A program made the position numbers and the translations under genes. The notes under the pieces are model-generated. The model searched no databases. It was not told the origin of the DNA and saw only the letters and a list, made by a program, of their open reading frames with translations. A DNA stretch of 63,061 nucleotides, the filler included, from Globobulimina sp. (lineage: Eukaryota), in the NCBI GenBank assembly GCA_003354225.1. It is 21 parts of 21 records of this genome, joined end to end, with 100 filler letters (N's around TTAATTAATTAA, not from the genome) between each part and the next. Parts side by side here need not be neighbours in the genome. Positions count along the whole stretch, not along the records: positions 36,108 to 39,014 come from PIVH01004408.1; positions 39,115 to 42,021 come from PIVH01004409.1; positions 42,122 to 45,027 come from PIVH01004410.1; positions 45,128 to 48,033 come from PIVH01004411.1; positions 48,134 to 51,039 come from PIVH01004412.1; 16 more parts are not named here. The stretch is one strand, 5' to 3'. Below, one piece after another: positions 36,108 through 49,350 of the stretch. Position 1 is the first letter of the stretch; every line of letters begins with the position of its first letter.

Positions 36108-39014
36108 GCATCGAATTCAAAAAAAAAAGCAGATTGAGTCCCCAAATGACGATAAAAACCAACAAGAAATATCACAATTGAAAGACAAATTATTTGGTGA
36201 TATTGATATGGATGGAAATAATGACAATAAAAATAGGAAAAGGACCTTTAGTGAAATGGATGTGGACTCTGAACCCAACAATGATGATTTGGCCATGGAT
36301 CTATTTGGGATTACCACTGAAACACTGGCTGCAGCCGCCGAGAATGTGCATGCTCCGAAATCAAACAGTATAGACCCAGCAGGGAATAATTTAGTAACTC
36401 AGTCGCAATCAGACAGTTCTACAGCGCTAAGACATGACAGTTTGTATGGACCAAAAGTGAAACGAAGGAAACTAAGCAACACAAAGGAACTACAGATCCA
36501 CGACTTGCGTTTTATGAATGTGGTTGACTTTGACGATGATAAATTATTCGAATTGGAGCTTGCGAAAGAAAATCGGTCCAGACCCATATCAAACTTCCCA
36601 GAGGAAAATGTACAACAAAATAACGAAGATGAGGCACAATTGAAACAGTACCGATTGAATGAACAGATATTGCGCCAGAAATATGTGTTTAAAATCGAGG
36701 ATAAGCTGACCAATTTATCCCCCATTACGAGTGTAGTGATGAGCAAATCGCACGATCCACGTTTCCTACACTTTGAGTATATTAATTTAATGGCGTCCAC
36801 TGGCTTTGGTACACAGGCAAAGCTCTCCATTGTGCAGGAAGGCATTCGGCCGCAAATATTGGCCAAAACTAATACAAAACAGATCTTATCGGCGGTGAAC
36901 TGTTGGACATTATATGATGAGATCGCGAATAGGAATCACAAGTATTTGATCGCGACAGATTTATATCAAACGCAAGTGATTGACATTAGTGATAAAATTA
37001 AACCGGTTGTGCAGGAGAATGGGTTCAAGCGAGATATTCGGACTATAATCTGTGGCCATATTGGCGGGACACAAATGTTGACAGTACAAGTATATGCAAA
37101 TGGGGTGCGTTTATTGAATGACTTAACATTGATACATGAAAGGAAGGTGGATGATGGTGTAATTATGGATGCATATGTTGAAGATCCATTTATTTTGCTA
37201 CATTTGGAGGATAACAGCATGCGGCTGTTGACGTATGATGTGGACCAACAGATGTTTGATCTGAAAATACCGAATAATTTGGCACGGTATAAAGAGATCA
37301 ATGATATAGAAATACAGAGAAGAAAGAAGGAATTTGTGTCGCGTAGATGTAATCGTATGACCTGGGACGAATATATAAAATTAGAAACTTGCATTCATGA
37401 CTTTTTAACTCTATGTAATGCTAAAGATGTAAATGCAAACGCATTGATGGAATATATCGAAGCTACATTAATAAAAAAAGAATCCGATGAGAGAGTAGGT
37501 GCAAATGGAGAGGAGAGAGAGGAGAAATCAATGAAATCGTCGATGAAGGCAGAATTAAGTGACAGTGATGTTGAGATTGAATTAGCGGACGATTTAAAAG
37601 TCAAAACACAAATACCATCCACGGGCTGGCAAAATAATGACTGGCGGAAACCCAAAAAAATCAAAAAAACTTTATTCAATTTAAATTTAAATATTGAGGT
37701 TATATTATCGCGATTATATGGTAAGACAAGCGATATTTTGACTGCATATCGGGAGAATAAATCGGTAAAAGATATTTTATTGACTATGATTACCAAAGAT
37801 TTAGATTGTGGCGAAATTTGTAAAACGTTTTTATTCAAATATAATGGCATTAAAAGCAAGACATTAAAGCAACTCAATCTCGATTGGAAGCAGAAAAGCA
37901 AGCAATTAACACAGCAAAATGCGGCGACATATCAACAATTATTAAGCAGTTCCTTTCAAATCAAAAGATTAGACATTAAGACATTAAATACCACCACGAA
38001 AATCAAAAAGAAAACCACTGATAACAAAGAATTATTAACGGGATTGTTTTTTGGACAAAAAGATAATGAGAATGATCAAATTATGGCTGATAAGGAGCAT
38101 GATCAAAATATACAAGAAAGTGAGAACAGTGATGAATATTTTGCAGTGATTGCTCGTAGACGAGGCACATTACAAATTTTTAGCATTCCATCCTTCGAAT
38201 TAGTATTTGAATGCAGTGAAATTCAGATTGGACACAGCTTATTATGCAATAATTTAATTCACGACGAATCATTACAAATAATATTATCCAAACATCAGTT
38301 AACTAAACGGAAAAACTTAAAAGATTTCATTCAAATTGAAATTGACAATAAAGAGAAGAATAAGGAGCCCTATTTTATGGATGAGTTAATCCCACAAACC
38401 TTAAAAGATGAGCTATGGTGCCCTTCCACCAACATTGAGTATGATATTGTCAATGAAAACGAATTTGAGCATACTTTTGTAGAAGAAATATATGTGTCCA
38501 CTATTGATAACAATCCATATTTGTTGGTGATATTATGCAACGGCGATTTATTAATTTACCAAATGTTTGAATATTTTGTGGGTGGATCTCATTTAAAATC
38601 GAGCATTGCAACGGGAAAGAACGAGAATATGCAAGTATTGGCGTTGAGGTTAAATAGATTTAAACATACATTATTTACACGTAAAAACTATACAAATTAT
38701 GCAAATGCTGACATTAATAAAATAAAAAAGAAGATGTATGGCATGAATAATATCAATGGATTACGTGGTGTATTGGTGGCAGTGTCTGGCAATAACCCCG
38801 CCATCATATTATCCCATCGCGGTTGTCCTGTGATTCATAATTTTTCTATGAAGTGCGATATTCGTGGATTTGCCATCTTTAATCATGATAAAATCACCAC
38901 AGTGGCCCAAGATGATAAAGTTAAAAATGGCTGCATTTATTTCAATGAGTATGGATTGCACATTGCCACTATACCCAAATCAATGCATAATATTGCATTT
39001 TATGCTAATGTGTT
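36108..39014 (+). CDS. CPSF1: Cleavage and polyadenylation specificity factor subunit 1 (CPSF160), internal fragment
   Basis: DKLTNLSPI, STGFG...LSIVQEGIRP, VQVYANGVRLL, GTLQIFSIPSFELVF, GDLLIYQMF, SGNNPA, FNH...NGCIYFN. Confidence 0.85.
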
Positions 39015-39114
39015 NNNNNNNNNNNNNNNNNNNNNNNNNNNNNNNNNNNNNNNNNNNNTTAATTAATTAANNNNNNNNNNNNNNNNNNNNNNNNNNNNNN
39101 NNNNNNNNNNNNNN

Positions 39115-39260
39115 GTTGACTGATCCGACTAATTGCTTGACCAGTTGAGTCCTGTAAGTTGACTGATCCGGCTAATTGCTTGACCAGTTGAGTCATGTAA
39201 GTTGACTGATCCGGCTAATTGCTTGCAGTTGAGTCATGTAAGTTGACTGATCCGGCTAAT
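39115..39260. repeat. Tandem repeat, ~43-bp unit about 3.5 times, at contig edge
   Basis: gttgactgatccggctaattgcttgaccagttgagtcatgtaa. Confidence 0.9.
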
Positions 39261-39554
39261 CATACCTGCAGGACCTCGACCGCCGAGGGGGGGTCGAAAA
39301 ATTTGTCGGAGGGGGGGGAGGGGGTCAAAAATCGGTCGAAAATGATACTAAAATCGAATTTTTCGCGAAAATTTCGAAAAAAGGCCTACAATATTCTGCA
39401 ATCAACCATCCTCTACACTACCTTATAAGAACATATGTATGTACATGAGTCGGTGTACGGTAGATTACTGTACGTACAGTAAGCAGTATATGGTAAATTT
39501 CTATATGCAGAGTCAGTATATGTTAGATATTGTACTGATGTATGTATATTTAAG

Positions 39555-41208
39555 GCACATGAACTTCTGCCAGTCTCTAATGCATTCATGTATGATAAAA
39601 TTATACCATCACCTTTTGAAAAGGTGCCACAAGTCAAAAGAGAATATGGTGATGATACGATCGCAGATGCAATAAGTGAAGTTGGGATTAATCCAGGAAT
39701 TTTTGAAACCGCCGTCAGTCATTTGGTGAGTTGTATGTACTGTATTCTAACAGTTGTGTCAGTATACAGACAGTTCGTATACACTCGATTACTGCACATA
39801 CACTTGTATGTGCAGTAATGTAAAGTAGATTACGGTAGTTAACGTACATATATACAGCATGAAAGGTTACTGTAGGTGCAGCGGTCACTGTACGGTAGAT
39901 TACTATGTACAGCAGTCTGTATACAGTAGATTATTGTACCGGTGGTACGTATATATAGGCAGTGTATGGTAGATTAGTGTACATACAGCAGCCGTTATAC
40001 AGTAGACTACTGTATGTGACAGTCAGTGTATGGTAGATTAGTGTACATACAGCAGCCGTTATACAGTAGACTACTGTATGTACAGACAGTCAGTGTATGG
40101 TAGATTACGGTACATACAGCATTCAGTAGATTACTGTACATACAGCAGTCGGTATACCGTCGCTTATTGTACGTACAGGCAGTGACTGTTCGGTGGATTA
40201 CTGTACATACAGCAGTCGGTATACAGTAGATTACTGTACATACAGACAGTCAGTATATGGTAGATTTAGCTTACTGTACATATGTACAACAGTCAGTATA
40301 CGGTATATTAGTGTATGTAGAGTCAGTATATGGTAGATACTGTACTAATGTATGTATATTTAAGGCAAATCAAGTTAATGTGTCAGTGAATCAATTATGG
40401 CCTAATATGAATGTTGTTGGTGGAGTCGATTCTCCCATTTCCTTTCCCTCAATCCAGTACAATGTAATACATCCTTCTGTCACTTCAACAAGCAATATTG
40501 GTTCTAATTCTCAAACTGATCTGCTCGATCGATTGCAACAACATTTTGTCCAATCTGAAGTCGATGATGATCGCCCATTCATAGAAAGGCCTGACAGTGG
40601 TTTTGCAAGGTTCTTGGTCGACGAAGCTGCAGAAAACAACTGTTTAATTAACAAAGAAACCTTTTATGAAAAATGTGGAAGGAAAAGAAAATGTAAACAT
40701 ATTGGTGATGTCGATCAATCAGATGCTAATGAAGTTGTGAGAGAAATGTCAAGAAATTATGTTTGCTCTGCATTGAATGATAATGTCCTTTTCAAAGATT
40801 ACCATGAATTTTATTGCAACGGAATGTCTGTTACTGAAAAAGTTGAATTTCAATTAGCAAAGGTACAACAAATTTTTGTTTTTCGCTTTATTGAACATCG
40901 ATTACTGTATCGTACTGTATTTCGTTTGGTAACATAAGCAGTTTTCCGGCAGTAGTCAGTAAAAAAATAGAATAATGCAATTCTCTTAAGTCACTTTTAA
41001 TAATTTAATATGGCATTTGGTATGCAATTTCATTTTGCTGTTCTCGCTCGTGATTCGGGGCAAATCAAAATCGTTAAAATGTGAATAATAGCTGTCGTTG
41101 AATTACTGTACTCATATCTATTTTTAGGGTTCATTCAAAAACAAAGCTGTTTACACAACTTTTGCTCAAAAAGCCAAATTTGCTGGTGTCGATTTTAGAC
41201 AACAGTAG
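39555..41208 (+). CDS. Hypothetical protein, exons 39555-39725, 40365-40862, 41128-41208 (first exon uncertain)
   Basis: Phase-0 GT-AG introns join the exons in one frame; no family recognised. Confidence 0.55.
39726..40364 (+). repeat. Intron filled with a degenerate minisatellite (gtagattactgtacatacagcagtc...); same repeat in intron about 39441-39554
   Basis: More than 10 degenerate units; both introns share a near-identical 46-nt 3' end. Confidence 0.85.
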
Positions 41209-42121
41209 TATTGTCGTAACCCATGTCGGTTGGAAGCTATTCTGCGTCTATGTTGCTAATTACTTAAATATGTGCCACTTGTCATGTGTTGTTTTTTGAT
41301 CATTTAGCGTATTCATTTTTATTCATATTTAATTAAAATAAATATATATATATATTCAAAGTGCGGTGCCTTTTATTTGATGTCAATTTGGTGAACTTGT
41401 ATTGGTGATTTTGATGTCAATTTAGTGAAATTGCGTTATGTATTTATGTACATGTTTTTGTTGCGTTTTATATTTAAATAAATTTTCTGTACACAAAATT
41501 AGTAATTTGAATTGTACCAGCATTGTAATTGTAATTTCAATGTACTGTGATTATCGTTACTCGAAATTGCCAATTTTTCTGGTCTTCATGGTTTGGAATG
41601 TGGTTTACAAATCGTGAAAAGCAATGAAATCTGAAATCAAAGTGACTATTTGGCCTCCAAACGCATGAATGAATATTATAATATTTCTAATTTAATGTTT
41701 TTGTTGTTAAGATTAATAAACTGTCATTGTAATTTTAACGACAAAATGGCATTATCCCATCCACTTTAAAACCCGGGTAGAAAATATATGGAACAACAAG
41801 GACAAATAATTGTGCTATTTTTGGGGCGCCCCCTATGCTACCGACCATGTCCATTTCTTCGTACGTACGTACGCACGGGCGTGCAACTACGTACCGTACC
41901 CACTTTTTGTACAAATCTATTCGTTCGGTGACAGCTGAGTGGCGTATGTACACGAACAATGACAAGACAAGTTAAAGTGACACAACGGGACTGGTTTTGG
42001 TAATCGATCTAACGCCCTATGNNNNNNNNNNNNNNNNNNNNNNNNNNNNNNNNNNNNNNNNNNNNTTAATTAATTAANNNNNNNNNNNNNNNNNNNNNNN
42101 NNNNNNNNNNNNNNNNNNNNN

Positions 42122-42320
42122 AGAGGATGGTTGAATGGAAAACAAATCCAATATATTGCATGCATATAAAGACTAATACATCAGGGAATATGTCATTACA
42201 TTCGTCCTCTGCTTCCTTTATAATTGATGTACTGATATACGATGATATTTCTTTTCCAATGCTAAACACAGCCGGCACCACTTGCTTTGGTTCAGGTGCA
42301 GTGGCAAATATGCTACCCAT
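42122..42320 (-). CDS. N-terminus of a hypothetical protein, possibly entering a TLDc domain; truncated
   Basis: MGSIF start; FPDVLVFICMQY..FHSTIL resembles the TLDc lead-in (weak). Confidence 0.4.
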
Positions 42321-42381
42321 CGTTACTTGATATGTTGCTCTCTGATAGTTTTTCTTAGCCTCAAGTCAAAAACATGATGGA

Positions 42382-45027
42382 ATGTCAAGTCTAGCCTCAA
42401 ACAGAGTGGTTCTTATCAACGAGGCGTCATTTGATGCCAACAAGGATAAAAATTGGAAAAAACATAAATTATACAATAGTTTTGCTGCGAATCTAGACAC
42501 AGATTATAAACAATCATTAAACAATCGGCAACGTCTGCATCCGTCATATTTATCTGAATTGCATCAATCCCAAAACAGTTATCCATTATTTCAAATATAT
42601 TTGAAGATAATCTCCCAAATTGGCGAAACCGTCCATCATTTACAGTTTGAGTTTAAAACCAATAATAAGCCACACCCCCAAGTCAAATGTGTGGTGGATT
42701 TACATTACATATCGGGTTTCATACAAACCCTAATTATCCATAACACAAATACCAGCAAAGCTGCTCCCAAACCAAAACATGCAAACCTCAAACAAACAAA
42801 TGCCACATTAATCAATGCAGTCCAACTGCAACAACAAAACGCCAACAACCGCAATTATCCCCCAATCTCAATCAAACACAATCCGACCAAAGCAAACCCA
42901 TTACAGACCGACGTGGAATGGCCTCACAATTTCCATCATATCAAAGTTAAACCCAAACTATACAAAATGTGCCAGGATAAACCTTCTAAAATCTACACAG
43001 CAAAACCATGCAAACGCAAATAACAAAATGGAAATGGACGACGAAGACGAAGATGAGGAGAAATACACTATAAACCCCACTGAAATGAAAGCAGACAGCC
43101 ATAATTCGGATGAAACGAGTATTTTGTGGCGATTCTACGACAAAAAAAAGCATTTCACCACCATCGACTGGCCCACTTGTATGGACGACAGCTTTTTTCG
43201 CGACCGGCCTGATGTGGTGCGCAGCGATAAAGATTTGCGGCAATTTACGTTTGTAAACAACAATCCTGAATGGAATGAGCGAAGAGGGAATTACTTGGAC
43301 GAATGGAGCGATGTTGAAGATACCGAGAACAATGACTTGTCCATCAATTTCAGATCGAACCATCCCATTCCAAGCGAGATATTTATGTATTACTTTGAGG
43401 TGACAGTGTCGCATAATAACGTCCAATCACATAATGCGAAATTCAAACGTTGTTATTTTGGGCTAATACCACAATCAAAGATATATTTTCCGCCCAATGG
43501 TGACGATAACGACTGCGATGCGCAGATATTGCAAAATATATTGATCCCCAAAGCAGCAAATCTGAGTAACAGTGGCAATAAATATACGTCGACGGAAAAT
43601 AGGGAGAAAATGAATTTAGAGACCAAGAAAAGGAAACGGTTTCATATTAACAATTATCTGAGCAAAATTGGTAAGAATTTGGCGCGAAACCGAACGAAAT
43701 CGGATTCGATATCGAAGGCGCACGAACAGGAAAGTAACGACGATTCGTGGTTTGATTCGGAAGAGGAAGAACAGGAAGAAAGCGATGACTCAGATCACGA
43801 GAACGGGGATAAAAAAGCCGGCGATATGAATATGAGTGTAAATAATAAGAAGAAACAGAGGAAAGAACGCGAATTATTCAAACAAAAATGCATCAAATCC
43901 ATGCGAGACTGCGATAAGTTATTTTATAATCTGTGGAGTGATGAAAATATTATATATTCCACGGACGATGGCGATGACTGTGATGGAGATGGAGATGACA
44001 ACAAACATAAAGACGAAGTCATCGATGATAGGATGAATGTGTTACAGTCGCGATTGCGAAATAAATTCGAGCCGTCGCAATGTGCAAAAGATACGTTTGT
44101 GAGTCAGGTATTTGACAATAAACAGATTACAAACAACGCGATTTGCGTCAAGGTGCATTCCAACATTGTGAGCATTTCGAAGAAATTCATCTATAATGAC
44201 CAGTATTATAACCACATTTATCAGGATTCGATTTGGAACGAAGCCGGGAATAAAGAGCAGAAACCGGAGGAGGAAGAGGAGGATGTTGAGGATGAGGAGG
44301 ACGAGAAGGATATGATTGGAGTGGATGGATGGGAGAGGATCGACGATGAAACTTTTTATTTGACCAAACCTCAGAACTTTGAGAAGAAAATACATTTAAT
44401 GTCGTCGCGTGCACGTAAAAAAAAGGCGAAAAAGAAGAGAAATCCATTGCATTTTGCGCCGGATTCTGATGAAGAGGAAGAAGCAGAGAGTGAGGAGGAA
44501 GAGGCAGATGAAGATAAGTACGATGGTAATAATGTATTGATCGATGGGTTGGAGTCCTTTGGAGTAACGACACAAAGCTATGACGATGGCAATGCGTATA
44601 TAGACGCAAAGGGCGGTGCAGATATGGCTGAAATCCAAAAAAGATGGAAAGGAACGGACGAAGCGCAGGTAAAAAGACAGAGGAAATCGCGACATAATAA
44701 GCAAGTTTTTATTGTGAAAAAATTTGCAAATACCATCCGAAATAACGATGTTATTGGCATTGGTATAAATTTTCATTTACGGACGTTATTTTTTACAGTG
44801 AATGGCGAGTTAATCAATGACAAAAAGTATAATCTGCCCATGTTATTTTGTGACATATTTGTGGGTGAACCGTTGTATATATTTGGCATTTTAAAGCATT
44901 TTGGGAATCAGTTATCATTCAATTTTGGACAAGAAAAGTTCGCATTTGATTTACAGCGATATTTCGGCATTGAATATATCAAAATGATTGACAGAAATAA
45001 TAACTATGTACAGCGATTCAATACGAA
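42382..45027 (+). CDS. SPRY-domain (RanBP9-like) protein with long acidic insertions; +1 frame discontinuity near 43000; 3' truncated
   Basis: RSNHPIP...YYFEVTV...FG and NDVIGIGINF...LFFTVNG...FNFGQEKFAFD. Confidence 0.75.
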
Positions 45028-45127
45028 NNNNNNNNNNNNNNNNNNNNNNNNNNNNNNNNNNNNNNNNNNNNTTAATTAATTAANNNNNNNNNNNNNNNNN
45101 NNNNNNNNNNNNNNNNNNNNNNNNNNN

Positions 45128-47009
45128 ATGCCGTGCTACAGATTGTCATTCAAAATAAAAATGTCATGTCCGACAGTATAAAAGTTGGCAAATTAAACAT
45201 GATCGATTTGGCCGGATCTGAGCGTGCATCGATAACATCCAATCGCGGTGTCAGATTGTTGGAAGGTGCCAATATTAATCGATCGTTATTAGCATTGGCA
45301 AATTGTATAAATGCATTAGCGACCGGACAGCGAAAACGGTTTGTTCCGTATAGAGATTCTAAATTAACCCGCTTATTAAAGGACTCTTTGGGTGGGAATT
45401 GCCGGACTGTTATGATAGCAAATGCATCGCCTGCGGATTTTACGTATGAAGACACGAATAATACGCTAAAATATGCAAATCGAGCCAAGAATATTAAGAC
45501 TAAAATCTATGAGAATGTGATGACGGTCGAGAAGCACATTGATGAATATAATAAAATTATAAAAGATTTAAAAACGCAGATATTTAAATTGAAGAGCAAT
45601 CAGAGTGTCAATCAAGGAATGAATATTAACTTAAATCAGCAGCAACGGCATATTTTGAATAAAACACGCAATCAAATTATAGACAAGTTTTCTCATTTAA
45701 TGCATATAAAAAATAAGTATGTCAATATTCAAAAGGAAATAATTAGTTTAATACAAACAACTGACAATAATCTAATTATTGAAAATAAAATTAAGGAAAA
45801 AGACAAACTGTTTTCAGAAATTCAATTATTATCCGACTCCATACAACATTTCCGAGATAATACAATATCTTCTTCGTACTTTAAGGACTCTGCCAATACA
45901 TATTTGTGCAGAGTGATAGATTTAGAGTACAAAATACATAAAATGCAGACAGATCGTATAGACTTACAACAAAATACACAAATATTTCAGAATATTGTGC
46001 ATCACAAAGACATTGCAATTCGTACATTAGAAAATCAGATAAAACTTCGCGACAAATTAATATCAAAATATGCTCCAAATACAGACAAACAATATATGGA
46101 TGAAACCATTATAAATGTTGATAAAATTATGTTTAATAATAACACATTAAATCATTTGTGTGACAATAATAATGATAATAACAATGCTAACGATTCCAAT
46201 TTAAATTTATTAAATACAGATCAGTTAATTTTACCTTTACCAAATACTATGCCTTTACCTGTAAATAGCAACAACATCGACCAAAATGTAACCATATTAG
46301 CTTCAATTGATAAAGACAACAAATATCCAATTAAATGCCGTGGAACTACAAAAAGTACAAACAGCAATGTAGTGTCATCGGGTTTTAATACTAAAACAAA
46401 AACATTGTATCCCTCATTTGCCGCACTTCGTAAATACAAAGTGAACCAAACAGAAATGTATCGTAATAATCATTTAAATAAAATAAATAATAATAATTGC
46501 GCTCGACATGCGTATCGTAGAAATAATAAATTAAACTTCCACAAATCAGAAAACAAAAGCAATTGCCACGTATTTCCCAACCAAACAAAACCTTAAACAA
46601 AGATATAAAACAAGCAAAATATAAAAATATTAACATGAAACAGCGTATAATACCAAAGGATGCGCCAAAGTTTGATCGCTATGTAAATATAAAAAATAAC
46701 AAAAATGAAAACAAAAATAAAAACAATAAAAAACGCAATTTGGACAAAAGTAAAACAAAAAATATCAACGTGTTTGCAAGACACAAGAAATATATACGCA
46801 ATCAGAACAATTCAAAAATTGATAAAAGCGATAAAGAAAATATTCACATCAAGAAAATTCATAAACCGAAATTTGAATTAAATGTCAAATCATCTCCAAA
46901 AAATTCAAAACCTGAACAACGTGTTTTACTTCGACCCTTAGCTTCAAAAATGAAAACTTTGACGAGGCAAAAACAAAAAGAGAAACGTCTGAGATCTGTT
47001 TATTTGTAA
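45128..47009 (+). CDS. Kinesin-8 (KIF18/KIF19-like), motor C-terminus and tail; probable frameshift near 46580
   Basis: IDLAGSERAS..NRG.RL.EGANINRSLLALANCINAL, VPYRDSKLTRLLKDSLGGNCRTVMIAN. Confidence 0.92.
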
Positions 47010-47041
47010 TAAATAATAAATATAAGTCATTCATTTTGCAA

Positions 47042-47994
47042 TTACTTCTGTGGCGATGGCGCATTGAACCGTGACACACATGGTGGAGGACCGTGGAAGA
47101 CCGGAGGTAGTTCATTGAACACAAATGGCGGAGGTTCTAATGTTGGATCATCATTGGAAACATTGACTGACATTCTTGCTCGTACTCCCAATGCAACACA
47201 AAAATCATTCCCTCCGCAGATCTGATGTATTCGATGCGTTCTTAATTCATCAAACGACAATGGTTTTTTATGCATCTTTTTTGTGATTGGTTCAATTCCA
47301 AACATTAACAATGCTCCAAATTTAGTAATAACAAATGTTCGCTCATTCAGACATTGAGTTCGAACACATTTCACATTCCGTAATATCTCCACTAATTTTG
47401 GTTTATAAATTGTTTCTTCATTCCCATGTCCTAAACGATAACCTTTTCCTCGCCCAGTGGTATATAGTGCTTTGTTACATGTTATGAAACCAGAATGGAA
47501 TTTACCTGCAGATATCTCACTAATTCTATCGTCAAATTCTATTTTTATTGCTTTCCGCGTTGAATATATTTTGCTTTTAATTCCCATTCGACCATATTCA
47601 TTATAATTCCTGTTGTATATACGTCACCGTTTGTTAATAAATACAATGAATAGTGATTTGAAACAGAGATTGTATGAATTCCAACTTTATCACCATCAAT
47701 TTCGCCAACATATACTTGGCCAAATGACTTGTTTACATGTTGCAAACCCAGCCATGCTTCTAAAAACAAATAATAATATAATTTTACGCTAAAATTAAAG
47801 TACAATATACCTCTGAATATGCCACTGAATGAGTTGAGCAACAATCAATGTGTAATATGTTCAATCCATTTAAAAAAGGTAATATTTGAGGTGTATTCGT
47901 ATCATACTCTAAATTGGTTAATATTTTATGACCCCATCCAAATACACAATTATCTGCAGTTACAGCCATGCCATGCAGTGCTGAACACTTGTCA
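47042..47994 (-). CDS. RCC1-repeat protein, C-terminal part (intron and frameshift; structure not fully resolved)
   Basis: ISAGKFHS, GRGKGYRLGHG, CGGNDF, GDVYTTG.YNEYGRMG after a 1-nt correction. Confidence 0.8.
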
Positions 47995-48030
47995 TAGTCC
48001 AATGAATAATATATATTATTCATTGGACTA
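47995..48030. repeat. Perfect 36-bp palindrome at contig end (probable fold-back artefact)
   Basis: tagtccaatgaataatat|atattattcattggacta. Confidence 0.85.
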
Positions 48031-48133
48031 CGANNNNNNNNNNNNNNNNNNNNNNNNNNNNNNNNNNNNNNNNNNNNTTAATTAATTAANNNNNNNNNNN
48101 NNNNNNNNNNNNNNNNNNNNNNNNNNNNNNNNN

Positions 48134-49350
48134 CTATCCACCAGGTAATAAAACAGTTTGTTACTGGCCGCTGCTTCCACGGCAATATTATATTTCGCAT
48201 CGATCACAGTAAAATTCTCAATCAGCGCGCCATATAATCGCCCACTTAATTTGTATCTGCTTTCTTCCCCATTCAGCATAATGTCTTTCTGTATTCTTTT
48301 CATATGCATATAGCTCTGATATTGATTTAAATTCATTGTAAACCGATAATCATTCTCCGTTTTATTTTTGCTGCATCGCAACTCATCCAAATTCTTATTC
48401 AAATCATTTAAATTCTTCCATAATATCTTCCGTTCGTTTTGAAACTTATTCCTCTCTCTTTTATAATGTTCCTTCTTCTTTTCGTTTCTATCAAATAAGC
48501 CTTCATTTGCACTCTGTAACTTTTCTAAATCACGCAATTCATTGGCAAATATATTCAATTTATTATCCGTAGCTCCATTGCTGTCGCTCAAATTTGTACA
48601 TAACTTCTCCTGCTCAATGACTTCTTTTTTGTGAGTCTTTATCTCATTTTTTAACTGTTTGTTTCGTTCTTTTTTGCTTTTATACTGCCCCAAACGCTCC
48701 TGTTTAGCATATAAATCCTTCATTTTCTGCTCATTTCTTTTCAAATTCTCCCTATACTCATTCTCAGTATGTTTCTGCGCCTCGAATGACTCGGATATCT
48801 CGGCCAAAGTGACCCGAACACCGTCGATCTCTCCGTTAACTTCTTCTAACTCGGACTCATATTCTTCTTTTTTCCCTTTATACTCCGCATTATCTTTCTG
48901 CAGCGATCTATTTTTCGTCTCCAAGCTCACGATTAACCGCTCCGTCCCTTGCAACTCCTTACGTTTCTTCTTCATCTCAACCACTAATTTCTCCAATTTA
49001 TCATTCAACTCAATCCCCTCCGTATTATAACTGTCAATCTCTTGCTTAATCTGTTTCAATTCGCCATGTAACTCTTCATTTTTCTCATCGGTTTTCCCTT
49101 CGTTTAATTGCAACGCATCCAAAGCGCGCTGTGTCTCTCGCCGCTCTTTATCATAAATCTGATACTCAATGCTTCGTTTTTTAGTTTCCAGCTTCTCAAA
49201 TTTAGCCAATTCCTCCTTCTCTTCGCTCAATTCATCCAGTCGTTGTTCAAAATAGTCGATAACAACGCGTACTTTCTCTCGTTTATTATCAGCATTGCTC
49301 ATTAATTCGCAAGATTAGTTACGACGTCCATCGTACACACGCGTACCGAC
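48134..49350 (-). CDS. SMC3: Cohesin subunit SMC3, N-terminal coiled coil to start of hinge (fragment)
   Basis: GTRVYD.RR, RL.EL.EEKEEL..F..L...KRSIEY.IYDKE, LYAKQ.R..Q, YG.LIE...AVE..A.NKLFY.LVD. Confidence 0.9.

Noticed and set aside
39115-39260. CRISPR array or telomeric repeat
   Set aside because: Plain 43-bp minisatellite without spacers or a telomere-like unit.
47995-48033. Hairpin telomere
   Set aside because: It interrupts an RCC1 coding region at a contig end; a fold-back artefact is more likely.
49315-49317. TAA reassigned to an amino acid
   Set aside because: Many genes here (ALG8, DUSP, Pierce, GH2) end in TAA at the expected position.
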